A model generated the notes under the pieces. The model ran no database searches, had not been told where the DNA came from, and saw nothing but the letters and a program-made list of their open reading frames with translations. This document shows, one piece after another, positions 40,414 through 49,071 of a stretch of 64,000 nt of DNA. Positions within the stretch are counted from its first letter, which is position 1. Each line of letters begins with the position of its first letter. Position numbers and translations under genes: made by a program. Source of the DNA: Vicinamibacteria bacterium (GTDB lineage Bacteria > Acidobacteriota > Vicinamibacteria > Marinacidobacterales > Marinacidobacteraceae); assembly GCA_965199715.1 (NCBI GenBank), contig OZ241322.1, forward strand, positions 2,144,001 to 2,208,000, read 5' to 3'.

Positions 40414-42264
40414 ATGCTACGCCGGGCGCTCGTCGCCGTCCTCGCCTGCTCGCCGGCGTCGGGCGGCGAGAAGCTCATGGTGCTGGCGGTGGACGGCGGG
40501 GGGCAGGCGCTCGTGTCCGGCTACCTCCGCGAAGGGGCGCTGCCGGCCTTCCAGCGTCTCGCCGCCGAAGGCGCGCTTTCCGACGGCTTGATCCCGGCCT
40601 TCCCGTCGAAGACCGCGGCGTCGTTCGCGATGGCCTGGACCGGGCAGCCGCCGCGCGTCAACGGCGTGACCGGGAACTCCGTGCTCCGCACTCCGGCCAG
40701 CGCCCACTCGCTGCTCGAGACCGAGGACGGGTTCTCCGCGGAAGTTCTCCGCGTGGATCCGCTCTGGACGAGGGTCGCCCGGAGCGGCCGCCGGGCAGTC
40801 GCGCTCCACACGACGCATTCGTGGCCGTTCGAGGCCTCGCTCGGCGACCTCCCGCCCGACGTCCGCGACCGCCTGCACCTCCTCACCGGGTACGCCGGAG
40901 CGCGCCTCGCCCCCGAGACGATCACCCGCGCTCCGGGCGGCGAATTCGCGTTCGCGGTGGGGGACAGCCGCTTCCTCGGGCGCTTCTTCGACGACCCGGC
41001 GGACCCGGCGTCCGGCTGGGACGCGCTCGCCGTCCGCGCCGAGGACGGGGGGCCGTGGCTGGCGCGGGTCGGGGTTGGACCCGAGGGCGGCTTCTCGTCC
41101 CGTATCGCGGCGCTCGTCGGCGACGTCCGCGTGGAGTTCCGGGTCCGCGCCTTCGAGGCCGATCCGGCGACCGGCGAGGTCGTCGCGTTCCGGACCGGCG
41201 CGAGCGCGGTCGCCATGCGCCCCGGGTTTCGGGAGCGTCTCGGCGAACCGGCGTGGTCGCGGACGCTCGGCGCGGCGGAAACCGCCTCGGGACGCCTCGG
41301 CCCACCGTTCGGCGAGGCCGCGCAGCCGCGCCTCCGCGAAATCATGGGCCGCGTCGCCGACGACGCGCTCGAGCACCTCGAGGCCGCGGCGGCGATCCCC
41401 GACTGGGATTTCCTCGCGCTCTACCTGCCGGTGGCCGACGAGGCGGGCCACCTCCTGCACGGCTACCTCGACGAGCGGCTCGATCCCGACCCGGAGATCG
41501 CGGCCGCGGTCCGACCGACCCTCGAGGCGGCGTTCGGCGAAGTCGATCGGGTTCTCGACCGCATGCTCGGGATCGCCCGGGAGCACGGCGCGCACGTCAT
41601 CGTCTTCGCCGATCACGGCATGGCCGGAACGGACCGGATGGTCCACCTCAACGAGGCGCTGGAGCGCGCCGGCCTCCTCGAGTTCGGATCGGACGGGCTT
41701 CCCGATCTCGCCCGAACGACCGCCATGCTGCTCACCACCGGCGACGGCAGCGTGGCGCTGAACCGCGTCAGCCGTCCCTCGGGGATCGTCGCGCCGGACG
41801 AAGAGGCCGGGGCGTGGCGGGCGGTCGAGGAGGCGCTCCTCGCCATCCGCCACGAGGGAGAGCCGGTCGTGACCGGCTTCCTGCGGCCGGTCGCGGCCCC
41901 CGGGCCGGGGTTCGTCTTTCCCGGCGGCGACTCCACCGGCGAGCTCTTCCCGCTGCTGCGCTCCGGCTTCCTCTCCTCGCCGCGCCCAGCGGAGACGATC
42001 GTGACGACGATTCGCCCGGCGGGGAGCCACGGCTTCGTGCCCACGCGGCGCGACATGCAAGGCGTGTTCGCCGCGTGGGGGCCGCGCATCGCCCCGGGCT
42101 CGCGCTGGCCCCGGGCGAGCGCGCTCGACGTGACTCCGACGGCGCTCGACCTCATGGGGCTGCCGCCCGATCCGGCGCTGTCCGGGCGCTCGCTCCTCGA
42201 TGTCGCGCCGCTCGTCGAGCCGACCGGCCGGCGGACGGGAACGGGATCTCCGCGCGGACGTTGA
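40414..42264 (+). CDS. Alkaline-phosphatase superfamily phosphodiesterase/nucleotide pyrophosphatase
   Basis: LAVDG, FPSKT, DEAGH, ADHGM, GSHG. Confidence 0.82.
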   Translation: MLRRALVAVLACSPASGGEKLMVLAVDGGGQALVSGYLREGALPAFQRLAAEGALSDGLIPAFPSKTAASFAMAWTGQPPRVNGVTGNSVLRTPASAHSLLETEDGFSAEVLRVDPLWTRVARSGRRAVALHTTHSWPFEASLGDLPPDVRDRLHLLTGYAGARLAPETITRAPGGEFAFAVGDSRFLGRFFDDPADPASGWDALAVRAEDGGPWLARVGVGPEGGFSSRIAALVGDVRVEFRVRAFEADPATGEVVAFRTGASAVAMRPGFRERLGEPAWSRTLGAAETASGRLGPPFGEAAQPRLREIMGRVADDALEHLEAAAAIPDWDFLALYLPVADEAGHLLHGYLDERLDPDPEIAAAVRPTLEAAFGEVDRVLDRMLGIAREHGAHVIVFADHGMAGTDRMVHLNEALERAGLLEFGSDGLPDLARTTAMLLTTGDGSVALNRVSRPSGIVAPDEEAGAWRAVEEALLAIRHEGEPVVTGFLRPVAAPGPGFVFPGGDSTGELFPLLRSGFLSSPRPAETIVTTIRPAGSHGFVPTRRDMQGVFAAWGPRIAPGSRWPRASALDVTPTALDLMGLPPDPALSGRSLLDVAPLVEPTGRRTGTGSPRGR

Positions 42265-43526
42265 TGACCCCGATGGACGTGGCGCGGGAAGGCGTGGCCG
42301 CGGCCCGCCGCCGGCGCCGGATCGCGCTCGGAGCCGGGGGCGGCGTCGTCGTCGCGGCGGCCTTCGCCTTCGTGCTCCGCCTCGATCCGGCGGCGCCGAC
42401 CGCGAACCGGGACGCGCTCTTCCTCGGCGCCGTGCGGCGCGGCGAGATGGTGCGCACGGTGCGGGCTGCCGGCGCGCTGCTGCCGGTCGAGTCGCGCTGG
42501 GTGAGCGCCGGGACCGGCGGGGACGTGAGCCGCACGCTGTTGCTTCCCGGGGCTCGGGTGGAGCCCGACAGCGTGATTCTCACGCTCGAGGATCCGGTCG
42601 TCGAGCAGGCGCACCGAGACGCCGAGCTGTTCCTCGCCGGCCTCGAGGCCGACCTGGAGGACCTGCGGGTCCGCAGCCGCCGGGATCTGCTCCAGGAGCG
42701 CGCCCGGCTCGCGACGCTCGAGTCGGAAGCCCGGCAGGCCGAGCTCGCCGCCGAGGCGGACGCCGAAATCCACCGCGAGGGGATCATCGGGAGCATCCAG
42801 CTCGAGACGAGCCGGCTCACCGCCGCCGAGATGCGCGAGCGGGTGCGGCTCGGAGAAGAGGCCCTCGCGGCGGCCGAGGCCGAGTCCGCGGCCCGGATCG
42901 AGGCCCAGGAGGCGCGCGTCGAGGGAGTGCGCGCCACCCTCGCTGGGAGCCGGATCCAACTCGACGCGTTGACGGTGCGGGCCGGATTCGCCGGCGTGCT
43001 CCAGGAAGTGGCCGTGGCCGTCGGGGAGCGGGTGGAGTCGGGGGCGCGGCTCGCGCGGGTCGCGGAGCCGTCCAAGCTGAAGGCGGAACTTCGGGTCGCC
43101 GAGGTCCAGGCCGGCGACGTCGAGGTGGGCCAGCCGGTCCGGGTGGACACGCGCAACGGCGTGGTTCCCGGCCGGGTGAGCCGCGTGGATCCGGCGGTCC
43201 GGGAGGGCGTGGTGCGGGTGGACGTGGCCCTTCTCGAGGATCCGCCGCCCGGAGCCCGCGCCGATCTCGCGGTCGATGGCCTCATCGAGGTGGAGCGCAT
43301 CCCGGACGCGCTGCACATGGAACGCCCGGCGCTCGGGCGGGAGGGCGACCGCGTCGAGCTGTTCCGCGTGTCCGAGGACGGGCTGGCCGGCGTCCGCACC
43401 CCGGTGCTCCTGGGGCGAACGTCCGTCGGCCTCGTCGAGGTCGTCTCCGGGCTGCGGGAGGGCGACGTGGTCGTCCTGTCCGATACTTCCGCATGGAGCG
43501 GCCACGACCGCATCCGCGTCCGCTGA
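42264..43526 (+). CDS. Membrane fusion protein (HlyD/MacA-like adaptor)
   Basis: N-terminal TM, VRRGEM.RTVRA.G.L, coiled coil, VRAGFAGV, GRVSRVDP, GL..GD.VVLSD. Confidence 0.85.
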   Translation: MTPMDVAREGVAAARRRRRIALGAGGGVVVAAAFAFVLRLDPAAPTANRDALFLGAVRRGEMVRTVRAAGALLPVESRWVSAGTGGDVSRTLLLPGARVEPDSVILTLEDPVVEQAHRDAELFLAGLEADLEDLRVRSRRDLLQERARLATLESEARQAELAAEADAEIHREGIIGSIQLETSRLTAAEMRERVRLGEEALAAAEAESAARIEAQEARVEGVRATLAGSRIQLDALTVRAGFAGVLQEVAVAVGERVESGARLARVAEPSKLKAELRVAEVQAGDVEVGQPVRVDTRNGVVPGRVSRVDPAVREGVVRVDVALLEDPPPGARADLAVDGLIEVERIPDALHMERPALGREGDRVELFRVSEDGLAGVRTPVLLGRTSVGLVEVVSGLREGDVVVLSDTSAWSGHDRIRVR

Positions 43527-43541
43527 ACGAGGGAGCCCGAC

Positions 43542-44225
43542 GTGAGCGAACCGATCATCCGCCTCACCGGCGTGAGCCGCATCTTCACGACCGACGAGGT
43601 GGAGACCCACGCGCTCGCGGAGGTCGATCTGGACGTCCACGCGGGCGAGTACGTGGCCATCGCCGGGCCGTCCGGCTGCGGGAAGTCCACGCTGCTGTCC
43701 ATCCTCGGGCTTCTCGACACGCCGAACTCCGGCGTGTACCTGCTGAACCAGAAGTCGGTCGCGGGGCTGGGAGCGGCCGAGCGGGCGCGGATCCGCAACC
43801 GCGAGGTGGGGTTCGTCTTCCAGGCGTTCAACTTGATCGGCGACCTGACCGTCGCCGAGAACGTGGAGCTGCCGCTCGTGTATCGGGGCGCACGGTCCGC
43901 CGACCGCAAGCGGCGCACCGCCGAGGCGCTCGAGCGGGTGGGGATGTCCCACCGCGCCGGGCACTACCCGTCGCAGCTCTCGGGCGGGCAGCAGCAGCGG
44001 GCGGCGGTGGCGCGGGCCGTCGTCGGCGAACCCTCCATCCTGCTCGCCGACGAGCCCACCGGGAACCTCGATTCGACCAACGGAACCGAGGTCATGGACA
44101 TCCTCGACGGCCTCCACGAGGCCGGAGCGACCATCTGCATGGTCACCCACGACCCCCGCTACGCCGACCGGGCGCAGCGGACCGTCCGGCTCTTCGACGG
44201 GCGGATCGTCCCGCCCGCCGCCTGA
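43542..44225 (+). CDS. ABC ATP-binding protein (MacB/LolD type)
   Basis: GPSGCGKS, FQAFNL, LSGGQQQR, ADEPTGNLD, VTHD; SD GGGAG upstream. Confidence 0.92.
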   Translation: MSEPIIRLTGVSRIFTTDEVETHALAEVDLDVHAGEYVAIAGPSGCGKSTLLSILGLLDTPNSGVYLLNQKSVAGLGAAERARIRNREVGFVFQAFNLIGDLTVAENVELPLVYRGARSADRKRRTAEALERVGMSHRAGHYPSQLSGGQQQRAAVARAVVGEPSILLADEPTGNLDSTNGTEVMDILDGLHEAGATICMVTHDPRYADRAQRTVRLFDGRIVPPAA

Positions 44226-44792
44226 GCCGCCTGCGGTTCGGGGTGAAAGCCGGACACGAGGACGAACCCGAAGTCGCCGACGGTCACCGGAACGGCGTAC
44301 CCGACCCTTGGGCGAGCCGTGCGTCTCGTCGCCCTCCACTTCGGGGTTGTCGAACCAGTGGTCCAGGAAGCCGCCGCCCGACGTGGAGGCCTCGATCAGG
44401 TCCTCGACGAAATGGACGCCGTTCACGTCCACCGAGCCCGACGGGTTCACCCCCTCGAGCGCCTGGTTGCCGGCGTGGAACACGAGCGTCCCGCCGAGGT
44501 CGGAGACGAAGATGTAGATGTCGCCCACCTTCCAGTCGCCCTCGTCGCGGAACGTCGCGTCTAGAAACGCGTACGCCTCGCCGGCGGCCGGCGCGGCGGT
44601 CTCGATGGCTTCGACCGCGGCCTCGACGAACCCCTGCAGCGAAGCTCGGTCCACGACCTCGGAGGCGGTGACCTACGGCGGGGCGAGGGCCGGAGCCGGC
44701 GCGGGAGCCGGAGCTTGAGCCGGAGTCGGGGCGGGGATGTCGTCCTCGCAGCCGAGCGTGAGGAGCAGCGGCACGGCGGCGAGCCAGCGCAT
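44226..44792 (-). pseudogene. Decayed single-Cache lipoprotein paralog
   Basis: MRWLAAVPLLLTLGC lipobox; in-frame TAG at 44673-44675; +1 frameshift near 44306; paralogous to 44795-45811. Confidence 0.8.
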
Positions 44793-45550
44793 GGCTACTG
44801 GACCGGGTAGAAGCCGGAGCCGAGCACGAACTCCGTGTCGCCGACGGTCACCATGACCGCGTAGCCGACCTTCGGCGAGCCGTCGTCCTCGTCGCCGTCG
44901 ATCTCGGGGTTGTCGAACTGGTAGTCCACGAAGTCGCCTCCGCGGGCGGCGGCCATGATGAGTTCGTCCACGAACAGGACCCCGTTCGGATCGGCGACGC
45001 CGGTCAGGTCCTGCCCTTCGAGCGACCGGTTCGCGGCGTGGAACATCGTCGGTCCGTCGGGCTGGATCGCGAAGAGATAGACCTCGCCGGCGTGCCAGTC
45101 TCCGTCGGGGGCGAACGTGGCGTCGAGGAAGCCGTGGAGGCCGGACCCGTCGCTCACGCCCGCGAGCACGACCGAGTGGGCCAGATCCACGAACGTCTTG
45201 AGGGTCTCGCGGTCGGTGACCTCGACGGCCGTGGCCCTCGGGTAGAACCCGGATCCGACGGCGAGCGTCTGGCCGCCGGATTCCGTCTCGACCGCGTAGC
45301 CGACCTTGGGCGAGCCGTGGGTCTCGTCGCCGTCGATGTCCGGGTTGTCGAACCAGTACTCGACGAACCCGCCGCCCGCGCTCGCCGCGTCAATCAGTTC
45401 CGCCACGAACTCGACGCCGTTCAAGTCCGTGAGGCCGATGAGGTTCTGTCCCTCGAGACTCTGGTTCCCGCCGTGGAACACCGTGTTCCCCTCGAGATCG
45501 ACCGCGAAGATGTAGATGTCGCCCACCTTCCAGTCGCCCTCGTCGCGGAA
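44507..45550. repeat. 46-bp perfect direct repeat (44507-44552 and 45505-45550) shared by the Cache paralogs
   Basis: CGAAGATGTAGATGTCGCCCACCTTCCAGTCGCCCTCGTCGCGGAA at both positions. Confidence 0.9.
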
Positions 45551-45811
45551 GTTCGCATCGAGAAACGCGAACGCGTCATCGGGCGCGGCGGCGTCGAGGG
45601 CGGCCACGGTCTCGGCTACGAACGCCTCGAGCGACTCGCGGTCCATGACATCGGACGCGCTCGTCTCGGGCGGGGCCGGCGCCGGATCAGGGAGGGGCGC
45701 CGGGGCCGGGGCGGGCGCGGGAGTCGGCGCCGGGCTGGCGTCGTCGTCGCAGCCGGCGGCGAATGACAGCGAGAACGCCGCGAGGGCGGTCAGCACGCGA
45801 AAACGCTTCAT
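44795..45811 (-). CDS. Lipoprotein with two tandem sCache_2-like domains
   Basis: AAGC lipobox, Pro/Ala linker, two repeats of YIF..D..G...FH..N..LEG....D.NG..FV.ELI.AA..GG.FV.Y.FDNP..GSPKVGYAV..GSGFY. Confidence 0.8.
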   Translation of the reverse strand: MKRFRVLTALAAFSLSFAAGCDDDASPAPTPAPAPAPAPLPDPAPAPPETSASDVMDRESLEAFVAETVAALDAAAPDDAFAFLDANFRDEGDWKVGDIYIFAVDLEGNTVFHGGNQSLEGQNLIGLTDLNGVEFVAELIDAASAGGGFVEYWFDNPDIDGDETHGSPKVGYAVETESGGQTLAVGSGFYPRATAVEVTDRETLKTFVDLAHSVVLAGVSDGSGLHGFLDATFAPDGDWHAGEVYLFAIQPDGPTMFHAANRSLEGQDLTGVADPNGVLFVDELIMAAARGGDFVDYQFDNPEIDGDEDDGSPKVGYAVMVTVGDTEFVLGSGFYPVQ

Positions 45812-45890
45812 TTCAGTCTCCCTTGGTCGCTCCGAAAGCGGCCGACAAGCTACTACACGGGGCGCGGCGAACGCGTAGCATTCTCCGGCC

Positions 45891-47786
45891 ATGGGAAGGC
45901 TCGACGCGCGTCCGGTTCGGGGCGAGGATCTGCGCCGCTTCGAGCGGCGGCTGTTCCGCGACGTCCGCACGCTCGAACGGCTGATCCAGACCGGCCGCAT
46001 CGAGAAGGACGTCCATCGGGTCGGCGTGGAGCAGGAGATGTTCCTCGTCGGCGACGCCTTCCGCCCGGCGCGGGCGGCGATGGAGGTGCTCGACGAGCTG
46101 GACGATCCCAGGTTCACTACGGAGGTCGCGCGCTTCAACCTCGAGGCCAACCTCGACCCGATGCTCATCGAGGGGAACTTCCTCCGGCGGATGGAGGCGG
46201 AGCTCGAAGCGGCCATGACCCGTGCCGCCGAAGCCGCCGGGAAGGTCGGCGTGGACGTCTGCCTGACCGGCATTCTCCCGACGCTGCGGCTCTCCGATCT
46301 CACCCTCGAGAACCTCACTCCGCTCCCGAGGTACCGCACGCTCAACGAGGCGCTGTCGCGGGTGCGGGGCGGGGCGCCCTACACCGTCCACATCGGCGGC
46401 GTGGACGAGCTCCACGCCACGCACGACAACGTGATGCTGGAGAGCTGCAACGCCAGCTTCCAGGTGCACCTCCAGGTGGGAGCGGAAGAGTTCGCCCGGG
46501 TGTACAACCTCGCCCAGCTCGTCGCCGCGCCGGTGCTGGCGCTGTCCGCGAACGCGCCCCTGCTGTTCGGACGCCGACTCTGGCGGGAGACTCGGATCGC
46601 GCTCTTCCAGCAGGCGATCGACACCCGCACCGCCGGCCCGCACGAGCGCCAGCGCGCCGGCCGCGGCGCGTTCGGGCGCGATTGGATCCGCGGCGGCGTG
46701 CTCGACATCCTTCGGGACAACATCGCCCGCCACGCCGTGCTCCTCGACGCCGGCGAGGAGGACGATCCGGACGAGGATCCGCCCCGGCTCTCGGCGCTGT
46801 GCCTCCACAACGGCACCGTCTGGCGCTGGAACCGCCCCTGCTACGGGATCACCGATGGCAAGCCGCACCTGCGTATCGAGAACCGCTACCTCCCGAGCGG
46901 GCCGAGCATCCCCGACCAGGTCGCGAACGCGGCGCTGTGGCTGGGCCTGATGAGCGGGCTGTCGGGGGAGGGCGCGGATCCCGCCGACCAGATGGCGTTC
47001 TCCTACGCGCTTGAGAACTTCGTGGCGGCCGCCCGGCTCGGGCTCAAGGCCGAGATGCACTGGACCGACGACCGGCACTGGCGGATTGGCGACCTGCTGG
47101 AGCAGGAGCTGCTTCCTCGGGTCCGCGAAGGGCTGGCGCGCAAGAACGTCGATCCGGCCGACGTGGACCACTACGTCGGCATCCTCGAGGAGCGGACGCG
47201 CACCGGGCGGACCGGGGCGTTTTGGATCCTCGACGGGTACAACCGCATCCGCCGCCAGGCCTCCCGCTCGGAGCGGATGAGCGCGATCACCGGGGCGATG
47301 CTGCGGCAGCAGCGCCGGGGCGAGCCGGTCGCCCGCTGGGAGCCGCCCGCGCCCGAGGACGCCGGAAGCTGGAAGCACCACTACATGCGCGTCGAGCAGT
47401 TCATGACCACCGAGCTGAGCACCGTCCACCCCGACGAGTCGGTGCGCCGCGCCGCCATCCTCATGGACTGGGGGCGGATTCGGCACATTCCCGTGGAGGA
47501 CGACGACCGGCTGGTCGGGCTCGTCTCCTACCGGACGATCATCAAGCTCGTCGCCGAGAGCGGCCTCGAGGAGGACGAGCTGCTCTCCGTGGGCGCGGTC
47601 ATGAAGACCGACATCGTCACGATCGGCCCGCACACGTCGTCGGTCGAGGCCATCCGCATCATGAACGACCGCGGGGTCGGAGCGCTGCCGGTGGTGCAGG
47701 AGGAAGGGCGCCTCGTCGGGATCGTCACCGAGCACGACTTCACCCTCATCGCCCGGAGCCTGCTCGAGGAGCGGCTGAGCGAGTAG
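45891..47786 (+). CDS. Glutamate-cysteine ligase-like (GCS2) domain fused to a CBS pair
   Basis: GVEQE, TTEVARFNLE, SFQVHLQ, HNGTVWRWNRP, RIENR; C-terminal IRHIPV..LVG and LPVV...LVGIVT. Confidence 0.82.
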   Translation: MGRLDARPVRGEDLRRFERRLFRDVRTLERLIQTGRIEKDVHRVGVEQEMFLVGDAFRPARAAMEVLDELDDPRFTTEVARFNLEANLDPMLIEGNFLRRMEAELEAAMTRAAEAAGKVGVDVCLTGILPTLRLSDLTLENLTPLPRYRTLNEALSRVRGGAPYTVHIGGVDELHATHDNVMLESCNASFQVHLQVGAEEFARVYNLAQLVAAPVLALSANAPLLFGRRLWRETRIALFQQAIDTRTAGPHERQRAGRGAFGRDWIRGGVLDILRDNIARHAVLLDAGEEDDPDEDPPRLSALCLHNGTVWRWNRPCYGITDGKPHLRIENRYLPSGPSIPDQVANAALWLGLMSGLSGEGADPADQMAFSYALENFVAAARLGLKAEMHWTDDRHWRIGDLLEQELLPRVREGLARKNVDPADVDHYVGILEERTRTGRTGAFWILDGYNRIRRQASRSERMSAITGAMLRQQRRGEPVARWEPPAPEDAGSWKHHYMRVEQFMTTELSTVHPDESVRRAAILMDWGRIRHIPVEDDDRLVGLVSYRTIIKLVAESGLEEDELLSVGAVMKTDIVTIGPHTSSVEAIRIMNDRGVGALPVVQEEGRLVGIVTEHDFTLIARSLLEERLSE

Positions 47787-49067
47787 CTAGCGCAGCGGGA
47801 ACAGCGCGGCCAGCAGGATCACCTCAATCACGCCGAGGACGCCGAGCAGCGCGATTCCGGCGCTCCACGTCCGGAACGTCTCGCGCTCGCTGAATCCGGC
47901 GAGCCGCCCGACCACCCAGAACCCCGAGTCGTTCATCCACGAGCCGATCATCGACCCGAACCCGATCGCGGCGAAGAGATAGCCGGGGTGGAACGGGAGA
48001 TCCGGCCCGACCGCGCCCGCCATGATCGCCGAGCCGGTCAGGATCGCGACCGTCCCCGATCCCTGCGAGACCTTGAGCACGACGGCGACGCCGGCGGCGA
48101 GGAGCAGCGTCGCGGTTCCGGCGGCCTCGAGACTGCGCAGCGTCTCCTCGATCCCCGCGCCGGCGAGCGCGAGCCCGAACGCTCCGCCGGCGGCGGTGAT
48201 GAGGATGATGGGTCCGGCCTCGACCACCGCCGGGCCGAGCTCCCGCACCGGGGCTCTTCGGGACCTGCCGAGGAGGAGCACGCCGGCGACCGCCCCCAGC
48301 AGCAGCGCCGCGTTCCGGTGGCCGAGGACCGCGAGCGCCGTAGCGTCCGACGCCGACGCCGCCGTGATGAGGACGACGGGAAGCAGCACCGGCAGGAGCG
48401 ACGCGGCGAGCCCCGGCGCGTCCCGGACGGCCGGCGGTTCGCCCGCGTCCCGCAGCGTCCCCGCCGCGATCCGCCGGGAGAGGACGATCGCCAGCGCCGC
48501 GGGCGCCGCGCCGAGCGCCAGCCCGAACCCGACCGCGGTCCCGAGATCGATGCCGAGCGTGTCCGCCATGGCGAGCGGCCCCGGCGTCGGCGGGGCGAGC
48601 GAGTGGGTGGCCACGCCTCCGATCGCGATCGCGGCCACGAAGTGCGCGTAGCGGCCGGGCGCCCGCCGCCCGAGCGCCCGCGCCAACGGGACGAGAAGGA
48701 AGAACACGGTGTCCACGAACACCGGGATCGCGAGGATCCAGCTCGCGGCGAGGAGCGCCCACGCCGCCCGGCGCTCCCCGAAGGCGCCCAGCAGCGCGCG
48801 GGCGATGCAGTCGGCGGCCCCGCTCGCTTGGAGGCAATGGCCGATCACCGCCGCCAGCGCGATGGCGATCCCGATGGCGCCCGCCACGGACCCGAATCCG
48901 GCGGCGCTCGCGTCGAGCGCGGCGAGAAGCCGCTCCGCCCAGCCGGCGCTCGAGGGCGCGAGCGTCCCCGCGACGATGGCGCCGAGAATGAGGGCGAAGA
49001 AGGGATGCAGCCGCAGCCAGCCGATGAGCGCCACGACGAGCGCCGTGGCGACGACCAACGGGACCAC
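47787..49067 (-). CDS. GntP family permease
   Basis: LHPFFAL, IPVFVD, PPTPGP, SQGSGTVA, SWMNDSGFW. Confidence 0.88.
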   Translation of the reverse strand: MVPLVVATALVVALIGWLRLHPFFALILGAIVAGTLAPSSAGWAERLLAALDASAAGFGSVAGAIGIAIALAAVIGHCLQASGAADCIARALLGAFGERRAAWALLAASWILAIPVFVDTVFFLLVPLARALGRRAPGRYAHFVAAIAIGGVATHSLAPPTPGPLAMADTLGIDLGTAVGFGLALGAAPAALAIVLSRRIAAGTLRDAGEPPAVRDAPGLAASLLPVLLPVVLITAASASDATALAVLGHRNAALLLGAVAGVLLLGRSRRAPVRELGPAVVEAGPIILITAAGGAFGLALAGAGIEETLRSLEAAGTATLLLAAGVAVVLKVSQGSGTVAILTGSAIMAGAVGPDLPFHPGYLFAAIGFGSMIGSWMNDSGFWVVGRLAGFSERETFRTWSAGIALLGVLGVIEVILLAALFPLR

Positions 49068-49071
49068 GCGC

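Noticed and set aside
44673-44675. In-frame TAG as pyrrolysine or programmed readthrough
   Set aside because: It falls in a linker where the paralog has GAG (Glu), and the same gene also carries a frameshift.
45670-45740. GCCGG(G/A) hexamer-like repeats (also 44680-44735)
   Set aside because: They encode the Pro-Ala linker of the lipoproteins, not an independent repeat element.
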